NCBI GenBank assembly: GCA_965221165.1
Contig: CBDCRP010000003.1
Coordinates: forward strand, 864,001 to 928,000
Source of the DNA: a bacterium
Lineage (GTDB): Bacteria; UBA8248
DNA: 64,000 nucleotides
Reading direction: 5' to 3'
The stretch's first letter is position 1. Each line of letters starts with the position of its first letter. A model generated the notes under the pieces. That model ran no database searches. It had not been told where the DNA came from and saw only the letters and a list, made by a program, of their open reading frames with translations. Shown piece after piece: positions 53,456 to 63,366 of the stretch. The translations under genes and the position numbers were made by a program.

Positions 53456-54655
53456 ATGTCTAAGACAGGACGGGACCTGCTCGAAGCCGCGCGGGGCGAT
53501 GTTCCTGAGGTCACGGCGGAGGAAGTGAAATCCGCGGTCGATTCAGGCGCCGAGGTGGCGCTCATCGACGTGCGCGAACCCGATGAATTCCGGGGCGGCT
53601 ACCTGCCGGGCGCCGAGCACGTGAGCCGTGGATTTTTAGAACTCAAGATCGAGCAGGTCGTTCCCGACAGGACGACGCCCATCGTCGCCTATTGCGCGGG
53701 CGGCGTACGCTCGCTGCTCGCGGGCCAGGTGCTGCAATCCATGGGCTATCAGAACGTGAAATCCATGGCGGGCGGCTACGGGAAATGGAAAGACCTGGGC
53801 TTTCCCGTCCAGGTGGACAAGCAGATGAGCGCCGAGCAGTTAAACCGCTACAGCCGCCACTTCCTGCTCTCTCAAATCGGGGAAAAAGGCCAGTCCAAAC
53901 TCCTGGACGCCAAAGTCATCATGATAGGCGCGGGCGGCCTGGGTTCTCCCACCGGGCTTTATCTGACGGCCATGGGCGTGGGGAACATCGGCATCGTGGA
54001 CATGGACGTCGTGGATATGAGCAATCTTCAGCGCCAGATCGTCCACACGAACGATCGCGTGGGCACCTCGAAGGTCGAAAGCGCGAGAGCCACCCTCACC
54101 GCGCTGAACCCGGACGTGAACATCATCTCGCATGAGGAAAGAATCAACCGCGACAACGCGCTCGACCTCCTGAAGGACTACGACGTCATCATCAACGGGG
54201 CGGACAATTTCCCCACCCGCTACCTCGTGAACGACGCGGCGGTCTTTCTGGGAAAACCCATCGTCGACGCCTCCATCTTCAAGTTCGAGGGGCAGGCCAC
54301 CGTCTACCACCCCGGAGAGGGCGGGCCCTGCTACCGCTGCCTCTATCCCGAACCGCCGCCGCCCGGCATGGTGCCCTCCTGCCAGGACGCAGGCGTGCTG
54401 GGCGCGCTGTGCGGCACCATGGGCTCCATCCAGGCGACGGAGACGGCCAAGCTCATCGTGGGCTTCGGGGAACCGCTCATCGGCAAGCTGTTGATGTACG
54501 ACGCGCTCAAATCGCAGTTCAGGACGCTCAAGATCAGGCGCGACCCGGCCTGTCCCGTGTGCGGAGACAGCCCCTCGATCACGGAACTCATCGATTATGA
54601 GTTCTTCTGCGGCCTCACGGAAGCCCCCGCCGGCACCGCCGCAAACGGGCATTGA
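53456..54655 (+). CDS. moeB: MoeB/MoeZ-type adenylyltransferase with N-terminal rhodanese domain
   Basis: IDVREP.E, YCAGGVRS rhodanese; RYSRH, GAGGLGS, SNLQRQ, DNFPTRY, CYRC, C-terminal CPVC. ATG after AAGGAG. Confidence 0.92.
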   Translation: MSKTGRDLLEAARGDVPEVTAEEVKSAVDSGAEVALIDVREPDEFRGGYLPGAEHVSRGFLELKIEQVVPDRTTPIVAYCAGGVRSLLAGQVLQSMGYQNVKSMAGGYGKWKDLGFPVQVDKQMSAEQLNRYSRHFLLSQIGEKGQSKLLDAKVIMIGAGGLGSPTGLYLTAMGVGNIGIVDMDVVDMSNLQRQIVHTNDRVGTSKVESARATLTALNPDVNIISHEERINRDNALDLLKDYDVIINGADNFPTRYLVNDAAVFLGKPIVDASIFKFEGQATVYHPGEGGPCYRCLYPEPPPPGMVPSCQDAGVLGALCGTMGSIQATETAKLIVGFGEPLIGKLLMYDALKSQFRTLKIRRDPACPVCGDSPSITELIDYEFFCGLTEAPAGTAANGH

Positions 54656-54725
54656 TGGGGGCGACGCAAGCAGTCAAGCTGGTGTAAACGGATGTAGGGA
54701 AACAACGAAAGTCTAGCCACAAGAC

Positions 54726-54756
54726 ACCCCCGGAACAAGATGTTCCGGGGGTTTTT
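54726..54756 (+). terminator. Intrinsic terminator
   Basis: acccccggaaca-aga-tgttccgggggt followed by a T run. Confidence 0.8.
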
Positions 54757-55113
54757 CTACGTGATTTCTTCCAGTCTAGCCGCATCCACCACCGGACGGA
54801 TGGGGTAATAACCCCGCAGGAGTTCGGCGAGAAAGCCCAAATGTTCGGAGAGGGCCGACATGTGCGCGGCTGCGTAGTGCGATGAGAGCGCATCGGCTCG
54901 TTGGGCGAGGGCTTCGCGCGAATCGGGAGCGGGTTCATCCTGCGCGGCCAGGGCGTTATAGGCGCCTAGCAGGACGCGTACGTCTTCATGCGAATCTGCA
55001 TAGTCAGTTTTCAACGCATAGGGGCTTCTCAGGACAAGATGGACGGGGTTTTGCGTGTTCGAGGACTGATCGAGCATGCAGCGGCTGCGCCTATGGTCGT
55101 AGTTCTCGGGCAT
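54757..55113 (-). CDS. Hypothetical protein (118 aa)
   Basis: CAGGAGG RBS, 24 nt downstream of the MBL gene; helical, no recognised motif. Confidence 0.55.
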   Translation of the reverse strand: MPENYDHRRSRCMLDQSSNTQNPVHLVLRSPYALKTDYADSHEDVRVLLGAYNALAAQDEPAPDSREALAQRADALSSHYAAAHMSALSEHLGFLAELLRGYYPIRPVVDAARLEEIT

Positions 55114-55137
55114 GGCGCCTCCTGTAAGTCTTGGGCC

Positions 55138-56040
55138 TCAACCGCCCCGGGCGTCGTGTAGCGATATCCCCTGCTCGCCCTTGCCCCGGAACTCGTTGTA
55201 GAGCTTCATCACGGCTTGTTCGACGCGGTCGGGCTTCATCCACTTCGCGTATCTCCCCAAAGAAATCTCGCGCGCGGCGCGCCTGGCGGGGGTTCCCTTT
55301 AGAAAGCGTTTTTTCGCCTCACGGCGCACGAGCTTGAGATAGCCCAGGGTTTCCTGAAGCGCGCTCCTGTCCCCCGGGGGCCCGTGCCCCGGAACGACCC
55401 TCTCGATAGGAAAAGTTTTCAGTATCTTCTCGGCGATCCGTATCCACCCGCCGACGTGGGCGTCGAACGTGGCGGGCGTGACGAAATGAAAGCAGATGTC
55501 GCCGGTAAAGAGAACCCGCTCTTCGGGCAGATAGACGATGGTGTCGCCCTTGGAATGCGCGTGGCCCAGGTGGTGGAGTTCCACCACGCGCTTGCCCAGG
55601 CGCAGCGTCATGCCCCCCTCGTAGGTGATGGCGGGAAAGCGCTGTTTGAGCCTCTTTAGTTCTCCCGCGTATTCCGGGTTCACGCCCCTGTAGTGCGCGA
55701 GGTCGAGGCCCGTTTCCACCATTCGCTCGCGCATGTAGCGGTGCGCGATGACGGGGATATCCTGATCGAACCATGTAAGCCCCAGGGTGTGATCCGCATG
55801 GTGGTGGGTGCAGACTATCTTGCGCACCGGCTTTCTGGTCGCCTCTTGAATCGCTTGCTGAAAGGCCTGCGTCATGGGCCGCACGTAGAGCGCGTCGACG
55901 ACCAGGGCCTCAGCATCGCCCACGACGAGCCCTGCGTTCGAGACGTTCAGCCCGCCCGCCTGAATGTAGGCGTAGACTCCCGGGGCCATGCGCTGAAGCC
56001 CCGTTTTCCAACTGGTGGGCACTTTCTGCATCCCGGCCAT
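55138..56040 (-). CDS. MBL-fold metallo-hydrolase (cyclase-like)
   Basis: SNAG, THHHADH..G, AHSKGD, LFTGD, VPGHG. Confidence 0.9.
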   Translation of the reverse strand: MAGMQKVPTSWKTGLQRMAPGVYAYIQAGGLNVSNAGLVVGDAEALVVDALYVRPMTQAFQQAIQEATRKPVRKIVCTHHHADHTLGLTWFDQDIPVIAHRYMRERMVETGLDLAHYRGVNPEYAGELKRLKQRFPAITYEGGMTLRLGKRVVELHHLGHAHSKGDTIVYLPEERVLFTGDICFHFVTPATFDAHVGGWIRIAEKILKTFPIERVVPGHGPPGDRSALQETLGYLKLVRREAKKRFLKGTPARRAAREISLGRYAKWMKPDRVEQAVMKLYNEFRGKGEQGISLHDARGG

Positions 56041-56164
56041 GCGCGTCTCCTTCTCCAGATTCATCATTCTACATCATACAAGCGATTGACCACACGCCCC
56101 GAACGGGCGACATTGGCCCCCACCAGAACGAGGAGTTCCAACCGTCATATAAAGGGAACCATCC

Positions 56165-56575
56165 ATGCGCTTATCGTTCGATCATGCGCACATCATCTGC
56201 AAGGATTTGGGAAAGATGGTCGCGTTTTTCGAGGACATCTTCGGCGGCGAGGTCATCTACCGGGAAGAAAACTTTCACGGCGCGCCCAACGCCGTCGTCC
56301 GCGTCGGGGAGGCCAGGCTTTTCTTAAGGGGCGTGCGGCCCGGCGAGGCCGTCGGAGAGAACCACGCAGAGGCCGTCATGGGTCTCGACCACTTCTCCTT
56401 CGCCGTGGACGACATCCACGGCCTCGCAGCGCAGATGAAGCAAGCGGGCGCCGATTTCATCCGAGACCCCTCTCCTTCGGGCATGGGGGGCAGAACGACG
56501 GCCTACATCAGAGGGCCCGAGGACGTGCGAATAGAACTTTCAGAGCGCGCGGGAGAGACCTACGGCGGCGGTTGA
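56165..56575 (+). CDS. VOC/glyoxalase family protein
   Basis: FDHAHI..KD, FF...FG, GLDHFSF.VDD, GPE.V.IEL. Confidence 0.88.
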   Translation: MRLSFDHAHIICKDLGKMVAFFEDIFGGEVIYREENFHGAPNAVVRVGEARLFLRGVRPGEAVGENHAEAVMGLDHFSFAVDDIHGLAAQMKQAGADFIRDPSPSGMGGRTTAYIRGPEDVRIELSERAGETYGGG

Positions 56576-56600
56576 TGCGCCCTGCCCTACACTCACCAGC

Positions 56601-56636
56601 AAAAAACCCCCGGGCCTTGAAACCCGGGGGTGCGTT
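56601..56636 (-). terminator. Intrinsic terminator between convergent genes
   Basis: A6 run then acccccggg-ccttgaaa-cccgggggt hairpin; U-tract on the minus strand. Confidence 0.75.
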
Positions 56637-56650
56637 GTCAAGTGAAGAAC

Positions 56651-57796
56651 CTATTTAGGATCGTAGCGCGCGGGCAGGCCGTTTCCGTTGAACTCGACCT
56701 GATCGCTCGCACGCAGGTTGCCTGCGATGAACTCGTCGATCATTAGGCGCGATACGGAATCGGGCACCTGCACCGGCGGGTGTTTCATCAGATATGCGCT
56801 CACCGGGAAGAGCGGCCCCGCCTCGCCCCTGTCGCGCGCGATGCGCGCCAGGCGAATCGCGTCGATGACGACGCCGCCCGAGTTGGGAGAATCCTCGACC
56901 GAGAGGCGCGCTTCGATTTCGAGCGGCACGCCGCCGAAGCCTTCCGCCTCGATCCTCAGGAAACAAATCTTGTTGTCGTCCTGCCAGGGCACGTAGTCCG
57001 ACGGGCCGATGTGGATGTCGTCCGCGTCCAGAGGCTCGGGCAACTGGCTCTGCACGGCGTCCGTTTTCGAGATTTTCTTCGATTTGAGACGGGAGCGCTC
57101 CAGCATGTTCAGGAAATCGGTGTTTCCGCCCGTGTTCAACTGATAGGTGCGCTTTAACTTCACGCCCCTGTCCGCGCACAGCCTGGCGAGTGTGCGGTGG
57201 AGGATGGTGGCGCCGAGTTGGGCCTTTACGTCGTCTCCCACCACGGGAATGCCCGCCTCGGTGAAGCGGCCCGCCCATTCGGGGTCGGAGACGATGAAGA
57301 CAGGCATGCAGTTGATGAAGGAAACACCGGCTTCCAGCGACGCTTCGGCGTAGTGGCGCGCCGCCTGCTCGGAACCCACGGGCATGAAGTTCAGGAGGAT
57401 TTCCGCGCCGCTCTCCCGAAGCTCTGCAGCCACGTCGCAGGGTTCGGCCTCGGCGGACAAAAAAGATCGATCCGAAGCATATTCCGCCATGTGGGACGCC
57501 ACACCGTCGAGGATGGGCCCCATCCGCACGTTCACGCGATAGTCGGGCAGGTTCTCCCAGATCGTTTTGGTGCAATTGGGCTTGGCGAAGGCCGCCACGT
57601 GCAGCGGCTGGCCCACCTTGCGGACATCGATGTCGAAAGCCGCCACGACCTCGACGTCCTCCGGCCCGTAGCCGCCCAGATCCCGGTGCATGAGGCCCAA
57701 CTCTTCTTCGGGATGGTGGCGGTAATACTCGATGCCCTGGAGCAGGGAACTCGCGCAGTTCCCGACGCCGGCGATGGCGATGCGAATCGGAGACAT
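56651..57796 (-). CDS. ino1: myo-inositol-1-phosphate synthase
   Basis: GVGNCASSL.QG, PVGS..A, GDD.K.Q.GAT, YQLN.GGNTDFLNM, HIGPSD, DSPNS.GV.ID, KHPP. Confidence 0.95.
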   Translation of the reverse strand: MSPIRIAIAGVGNCASSLLQGIEYYRHHPEEELGLMHRDLGGYGPEDVEVVAAFDIDVRKVGQPLHVAAFAKPNCTKTIWENLPDYRVNVRMGPILDGVASHMAEYASDRSFLSAEAEPCDVAAELRESGAEILLNFMPVGSEQAARHYAEASLEAGVSFINCMPVFIVSDPEWAGRFTEAGIPVVGDDVKAQLGATILHRTLARLCADRGVKLKRTYQLNTGGNTDFLNMLERSRLKSKKISKTDAVQSQLPEPLDADDIHIGPSDYVPWQDDNKICFLRIEAEGFGGVPLEIEARLSVEDSPNSGGVVIDAIRLARIARDRGEAGPLFPVSAYLMKHPPVQVPDSVSRLMIDEFIAGNLRASDQVEFNGNGLPARYDPK

Positions 57797-58026
57797 ATAT
57801 GCGTTTCCTTTCTTGCCTTTGTAGTCGCTGCGGCCTCAAAAGGCGAATCCGAAGTCGAGTCCATGGGGCAGGATTCTCGCCGTCGACCACGCGCATGCGG
57901 ATTCAATGTCAGATCAATCAGTGCTGACAACCGCGTCCGCAAAGAGGCGACTATATCCCAAAACCGGGATTTTCTCCAAGAGGAGAACAGAAAATGACTT
58001 CAGACGGCCTCAGGGCGGGAGCGCGG

Positions 58027-59025
58027 CTAATATAGCAGACAGCGGACGAAGTGCCCGGGGGATACCTCTTTGAGTTCCGGCTCATGTTCCAGGCACATCG
58101 CCTTCACCTCCGGGCACCTCGGGTTGAAGCTGCAACCCGTCGGCAGGCGGTTCAGGCTGGGCACGATGCCCTTGATCTCCTCCAGTCGAATCCGCTCGCC
58201 GGACTTGATGAGATTGAGCTTCGGTATCGAATTGAGCAGCCCCCGGGTGTAGGGATGGAGCGGGTTTCCGAAAATTTCCTCCGTCGGCGCTTCCTCGACC
58301 ACCTTGCCGGCGTACATGACGACGACGCGCTTACACGTTTCGGCCACGAGGCCCAAATCGTGCGTGATGAGGATGACCGCCGTGCCCAGGTCTTCCTGCA
58401 ATTTGACCATGAGGTCGAGAATCTGCGCCTGAATGGTCACGTCGAGCGCCGTGGTCGGCTCATCGGCCAGGAGGATTTTCGGGTTGCACGAGAGCGCCAT
58501 GGCGATCATCGCGCGCTGCCTCATGCCGCCCGAGAGCTGGTGGGGATATTCCCGGACCCTTTGACGCGGCAGGGGGATGCCGACCAGGTCGAGCATCTCG
58601 GCGGCCTTGTCCATCGCGTCCTTTTTCGTCATCCCCTGGTGGAGCATGACGGCCTCGGCGATCTGGAAGCCGACGGTGAACACCGGGTTCAGGCTCGTCA
58701 TCGGCTCCTGGAAGATCATCGAGATGTGGTTGCCCCGAATCTCGCGCAACTCCCTCGTTTTGAGCTTCGTCAAATCGCGGCCCTCGAAGAAGATGCCGTC
58801 GCCGAATATCTCGCCCGGCGGCTCGGGTATGAGGCGAAGCACCGAAAGCGCCGTCACCGTCTTGCCGCACCCCGACTCGCCCACTACCCCGAGCGTCTCC
58901 CCCGATTTTAAGCTGTAGCTCACGCCGTCCACGGCGCGCACCGTGCCCTCGGGCGTATGGAAGTAGGTGTGCAGGTCTCTCAGTTCTAAAATGGTGTCGG
59001 TGCCGACGGCTGCGCCATTGGCCAT
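58027..59025 (-). CDS. Oligopeptide/dipeptide ABC transporter ATP-binding subunit (OppD/DppD-like)
   Basis: [39 protein letters not shown]. Confidence 0.95.
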   Translation of the reverse strand: MANGAAVGTDTILELRDLHTYFHTPEGTVRAVDGVSYSLKSGETLGVVGESGCGKTVTALSVLRLIPEPPGEIFGDGIFFEGRDLTKLKTRELREIRGNHISMIFQEPMTSLNPVFTVGFQIAEAVMLHQGMTKKDAMDKAAEMLDLVGIPLPRQRVREYPHQLSGGMRQRAMIAMALSCNPKILLADEPTTALDVTIQAQILDLMVKLQEDLGTAVILITHDLGLVAETCKRVVVMYAGKVVEEAPTEEIFGNPLHPYTRGLLNSIPKLNLIKSGERIRLEEIKGIVPSLNRLPTGCSFNPRCPEVKAMCLEHEPELKEVSPGHFVRCLLY

Positions 59026-59136
59026 GGATAACCTCCGGATTGCGGGTTCGACTTCACAGGACGAATGAGCAATACCTGATTATAAGGACTCGGAAATTCA
59101 ATTGTCCAGTCGGATGAGAAAAAACCCGAAAGATCA

Positions 59137-59775
59137 TCACGAAGAAACCACCTCCTGACCGTGGGGACAATCCTTGAGGATGGGGCAATCCGCGCAGAGG
59201 GGTTTTCTCGCCGAGCAGCAATTTCTCCCGTGGTGAATCAACAGCAGGGTGACGCGGCCCCACCATTTTTCCGGCACTGCGTCCATGAGCTGAAACTCGG
59301 CCTTCACCGGGTCGCGCGTCGATATCCAGCCCAGCCGGTTCCCCGTGCGCAAGACGTGGGTATCCACGGCGATGGCGGGCCGCCCGTAAGCCTCGTTCAA
59401 AACGACGTTGGCCGTCTTTCGCCCCACGCCCGGAAGGGTCACGAGATGCTCCATCTCGGCGGGCACTTCACCCCCGAATTCCTTCACGATGCGGCTACAA
59501 CACGCGCGGATGGACTTCGCCTTCTGGCGGTAGAACCCGCACGAGTGAATCAACCCCTCGAGTTCACCCGGTTCCGCTTCCGCATAAGAGGCGGCATCCG
59601 GATAGCGGGCGAAAAGAGCGGGGGTGACCTTGTTCACCCGCTCATCCGTGCACTGGGCCGAGAGCATCGTCGACACCAGCAGTTCGAGCGGGTTTTGGTA
59701 ATGAAGCGCGCAGCGCGCGTCGGGGTAGGTTTGCTCCAGTATGCGCAAAAGACGCGCGGTCGGGGATGCGGGCAT
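59137..59775 (-). CDS. nth: Endonuclease III
   Basis: LSAQCTD.RVN, LPGVGRKTANVV, VDTHV, C-x6-C-x2-C-x5-C 4Fe-4S motif. Confidence 0.97.
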   Translation of the reverse strand: MPASPTARLLRILEQTYPDARCALHYQNPLELLVSTMLSAQCTDERVNKVTPALFARYPDAASYAEAEPGELEGLIHSCGFYRQKAKSIRACCSRIVKEFGGEVPAEMEHLVTLPGVGRKTANVVLNEAYGRPAIAVDTHVLRTGNRLGWISTRDPVKAEFQLMDAVPEKWWGRVTLLLIHHGRNCCSARKPLCADCPILKDCPHGQEVVSS

Positions 59776-59934
59776 ATGAGCTCCGTTTCACTTCAAAAAG
59801 AGGGCCTCTCTTACCTGCGCCACACGAACCGGCGGCCTTGCGGCGCAGCCTTCTTTTCAAGGGCGATGATTCGGACTAGAATACCGGACGAATTTCATAT
59901 CGCCTACCGCGTCGAGACAAAGGAGAACGCATCG

Positions 59935-60174
59935 ATGGCCGACCCCCACGTGGCCCAGAAATCGCCTTATATCTATAAACCGGAAAAAGATGAGAAAGTC
60001 GCCTGGTGCGCGTGCGGCATGAGCCAATCGCAGCCTTTCTGCGACGGCTCGCACAAGGGATCGGAATTCCGCCCCATCGTTCTCGACGTGCAGGCGGGCA
60101 AGACCTGCGCCTTTTGCGGCTGCAAGCAGACGGGCAACGCGCCCATGTGCGACGGCACGCACTCCATGCTCTAG
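59935..60174 (+). CDS. CDGSH iron-sulfur protein (two CDGSH motifs, MiNT/CISD3-like)
   Basis: WCACGMS..QPFCDGSH and CGCKQT...PMCDGTH; ATG 59935 after AAGGAG (tail of the 59161 ORF-track frame). Confidence 0.92.
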   Translation: MADPHVAQKSPYIYKPEKDEKVAWCACGMSQSQPFCDGSHKGSEFRPIVLDVQAGKTCAFCGCKQTGNAPMCDGTHSML

Positions 60175-60202
60175 GAACGAGATGTAATTCTTTGATGAAT
60201 AT

Positions 60203-60278
60203 GCGCGTGTAGCTCAGAGGATAGAGCGCCTGCCTCCGGAGCAGGAAGTCGCAGGTTCGACTCCTGCCACGCGCACCA
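60203..60278 (+). tRNA. tRNA-Arg (anticodon CCG)
   Basis: Acceptor GCGCGTG/CACGCGC, D arm GCTC/GAGC, anticodon arm CCTGC-CTCCGGA-GCAGG, T arm GCAGG-TTCGACT-CCTGC, encoded CCA. Confidence 0.97.
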
Positions 60279-61252
60279 ACATATTTTCCCATCCTGTTCC
60301 CGTAACACCGCAAACCTGACGGAAATGTTTTTAATTTCAACGGATTAGGCGCCCTTTCCACGAAAATACAGCCTGAGAAAATTCCCATCGCCCGTCCTGA
60401 GCCCTCCGGCGCGATTCATCGGCGCGAGGAGTCGCCGGGCCAGAAAATTCATCCCGAGAGCGAATTTTTTCTCCAGCCCGAGCAAACGGTGTGATAAAAT
60501 GTATTCAGATTTTCGCGGTTTTGTTCGAGGAGGAAGAAAAATGAAGAATGCCGAGTTGGTCGAATCGAACGGGACTGCCGCCACCCGGACGTCGGAGGGA
60601 AAAGCGATCTTCTGGGATCGTAAATTCCAGGCGTCGTACAAAACGACGATAGAAGCCGCCTGGAGGTGTGGACGCGCATTGCTGGAGGTGAGAAAGAAAA
60701 AAGCGCATGGACAATGGATGGACTGGCTCGATAGCGTCGGAATCAGCTACACGAGGGCGATCCGGTGCATGGCCCTCGCGGGAGTCGAAATGTCGCGCGT
60801 GCTCAACTTTCCCAACATGAAGCAGGCACTTGCGGTCGTTTCATCCATGCCGAGGCTTACGGGCATCCAATCCCCGGTGAAGGAGAAGGCCCTCATCGCG
60901 AAGACCTCCATCCGCCTCGGCAAGCCGAAGGTTCCCGCCCGCAAGGAAATCGAGCAGCTACAAGCACGGGTTCTCGATCTTGAAAACACGGAGAAAGACT
61001 TGCGCACCGAACTGAAACGCTCGAAGCGGGCCGTCAACCGGTACAAGAAAACGCTGAGCGAGAAGAACAGGCGCATCGAAGAACTCGAAGAAAAACTCGC
61101 ACGGACCAACGGCTACATCGAGAAACCGCGCAAGGCGACTCGACGCAGCTAAACGAGACGACCGCTAAAGAGACGATAGATCGGCCGGCGGGGACTGCAA
61201 AACCTCATAAGGCGGTCGCCAACAACGATTGGACGCCGTGCACGCGCACCAA
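60268..61252. mobile_element. Integrase-less islet bounded by duplicated tRNA-Arg 3' end (attL/attR-like)
   Basis: cacgcgcaccaa at 60268-60279 (tRNA 3' end) recurs at 61241-61252, enclosing one phage-type gene. Confidence 0.65.
60541..61152 (+). CDS. DUF3102-like protein with C-terminal coiled coil
   Basis: AW.CG..LLEV.K...HGQW.DWL...GISY..A.R.M.LA fits DUF3102; GAGGAGG RBS before ATG 60541. Confidence 0.7.
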   Translation: MKNAELVESNGTAATRTSEGKAIFWDRKFQASYKTTIEAAWRCGRALLEVRKKKAHGQWMDWLDSVGISYTRAIRCMALAGVEMSRVLNFPNMKQALAVVSSMPRLTGIQSPVKEKALIAKTSIRLGKPKVPARKEIEQLQARVLDLENTEKDLRTELKRSKRAVNRYKKTLSEKNRRIEELEEKLARTNGYIEKPRKATRRS

Positions 61253-61410
61253 AATCAGGATCGCGCCAGAGCCGGGGACGGGCGTCTCCGGCCTTTGGTT
61301 TTATGGGGGTTCTCTCCCCCGCCGCTCCCTGTTTCCACTCCTCCCCCTTGACCACCGGTGTTCATGCGGATAGGTTGACCTCAAAGCATGAAACCAGGGG
61401 AGAGGTTCCG

Positions 61411-62304
61411 ATGTTCGGCGAATACATCGACAGCCACAACCACATGCACGCCCTGAACTGGGACGAGTGGGAACTCCTCGGCACGACGGGCATGCGCGCG
61501 GCGGTGCTATCCTGCGGCAACCCCCACCTCTACCGCGAGGTGTGGGACGAAGCGCCGGGTTACGACGACATCATGCGCTTTTGGGAGGGCCCCATCGAAA
61601 TGGCCCGGGCTCTCGAGGCGCAGCACTTCATCAAAATCTACTGCGCGGTCGGCATCAGCTCGATGACGCGGGTGAACGACTGGGAAAAATTGTTGGCGGA
61701 ACTCCCCGGCTTACTCGAAAACCCCAGCGTCGTCGCCTTCGGGGAGATCGGCCTGGACCCCACGCAGTATTTCTCTCTCACCTGGCCGCTGGAAGAACAG
61801 GCCGCTTGCATGGAAGCCCAGGCGGAGATAGCCAAAGAGCACGATAAACCCATCATCCTGCACACGCCCACGCCCAAAAAGAGCAAGGATTTTCTCGGCG
61901 AAGTCGCCGTGCAGGCGGACGTGCCGCCCGAGCAAATCCGGCTCCACTACATGCAAAAAGATTTGGAAGTGCTGGCCAAGGCCGGTTTCGATGAAGCCCA
62001 AGTCGCGGTCGATCACACCGACGGCACGACGGTCGAATACATCCACAAGAACACGCGCGCCATGTGCGCCATCAGCATCGGCAGCGCGCTCAGGCCGCTT
62101 CAGCCCGCCCAGGTCATCGAGTGGGTGGAGACATTCGGGCCGGACCGGATTATGCTCAACTCGGACCACCTGGGCTACCGGCCCATCGACATCCTCTCGG
62201 TTCCCAAGACGCTGCGCGCCATGCGAAATGCCGGCATATCGGATGAGGCGATTCGCAAGGTGTCGTTCGAAAACGCTAGAAAGTTCTACAATCTCACCCT
62301 CTAA
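61411..62304 (+). CDS. TatD-related TIM-barrel metallohydrolase (COG1099-like)
   Basis: IDSHNH, GEIGLD, IILHTP, VDH, MLNSD, NA.KFY. Confidence 0.82.
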   Translation: MFGEYIDSHNHMHALNWDEWELLGTTGMRAAVLSCGNPHLYREVWDEAPGYDDIMRFWEGPIEMARALEAQHFIKIYCAVGISSMTRVNDWEKLLAELPGLLENPSVVAFGEIGLDPTQYFSLTWPLEEQAACMEAQAEIAKEHDKPIILHTPTPKKSKDFLGEVAVQADVPPEQIRLHYMQKDLEVLAKAGFDEAQVAVDHTDGTTVEYIHKNTRAMCAISIGSALRPLQPAQVIEWVETFGPDRIMLNSDHLGYRPIDILSVPKTLRAMRNAGISDEAIRKVSFENARKFYNLTL

Positions 62305-62313
62305 GGACGCACG

Positions 62314-63345
62314 ATGAACCAGACGACGGACCCTTTCGAGTATTTCTTCGAGATGCCCTGGTCGGACGGGCTTCCCGTAGTGACGCCCACGCCCGAGCGC
62401 CTCGCCTGGATGCTAGGCGGCACGAGCAGGGACCCGGACGAGGTGCTGGGGGACGTTCCGCCCTCGCTGAACCAAGCGACGGTGGAGAGCGTCGCTCTTC
62501 ACGCCGTGATGGCGGGCTGCAAACCCGAATATCTGCCCGTGGTGCTGGGAGCCATGGAGGCCATGCTTATCGAGCGCTTCAACTTGGTCGGCATTCAGGC
62601 CACCATGTTCACCGGCGGGCCCTTGCTGATACTGAACGGCCCCTACGCGCGTGAGATCGGCGTCCACGGGGGTTCCGGCTGTTTCGGCCCCGGCTTCCGG
62701 GCGAACGCCACCATCGGCCGGGCGATAAGGCTCATCATGATGAACTTAGGGGGAGGCATTCCCGGCGTTTCGGATATGAGCACCTTCGGCAGTCCCTCCA
62801 AATTCACCTACTGCGTCCGGGAGAACGAGGAGCAAAGCCCCTGGGAGCCGCTGCCGGGCGATTTCGGCTTCGGCGAGGATGCCGACGTCCTCACGGTCTG
62901 CAACGCCGAGGCGCCTCGCATGGCGATGGACGACGTGAGCGCAAAGCCCGAGGGCGTCCTCACCACGCTTGCGAGCACGATGTGCGCGATGGGCGCCACG
63001 ACGGCCTACACGCAGACGAACTGGGTGGTCGTCGTCGGCCCCGATCACGCCGATATCCTCGCCAGGGGGGGCTTGAGCCGAGCGGACGTGAAACGAGAAC
63101 TCTTCGAGCGGGCGAGAATGCCCGTGGGTACTCTTAAAAAAGGCGGGCGCTACCGGGGACCCGAACTATCGCGCTGGCCGGACTGGGTGGACCACGATGA
63201 CGATGATTCTCTCGCCCCGATGGTGCACGAGCCCGAAGACATCCTCTTGATCGTCGCAGGCGGCGTCCCCGGCCCCTCTTGTCTCGTCATACCGGGCTGG
63301 AACACCTCGAGCCAGACCATCACGCAGGCCTATCGCACGGATTGA
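62314..63345 (+). CDS. Conserved hypothetical protein (WSDGLP family)
   Basis: WSDGLPVVTPT.ER, AVMAGC.PEY.PVV, NGP, G.RANATIGRA, ENEE.SPW, IVAGG: a recurrent uncharacterised family. Confidence 0.8.
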   Translation: MNQTTDPFEYFFEMPWSDGLPVVTPTPERLAWMLGGTSRDPDEVLGDVPPSLNQATVESVALHAVMAGCKPEYLPVVLGAMEAMLIERFNLVGIQATMFTGGPLLILNGPYAREIGVHGGSGCFGPGFRANATIGRAIRLIMMNLGGGIPGVSDMSTFGSPSKFTYCVRENEEQSPWEPLPGDFGFGEDADVLTVCNAEAPRMAMDDVSAKPEGVLTTLASTMCAMGATTAYTQTNWVVVVGPDHADILARGGLSRADVKRELFERARMPVGTLKKGGRYRGPELSRWPDWVDHDDDDSLAPMVHEPEDILLIVAGGVPGPSCLVIPGWNTSSQTITQAYRTD

Positions 63346-63366
63346 GGTGGGGGTCTTTCTCATCGG

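Noticed and set aside
58027-59025. Orphan OppD/DppD ATPase
   Set aside because: Scattered ABC subunits are common; nothing unusual in the sequence.
61188-61207. ggactgcaaa resembling a tRNA-Cys anticodon loop
   Set aside because: No D arm, T arm or acceptor stem.
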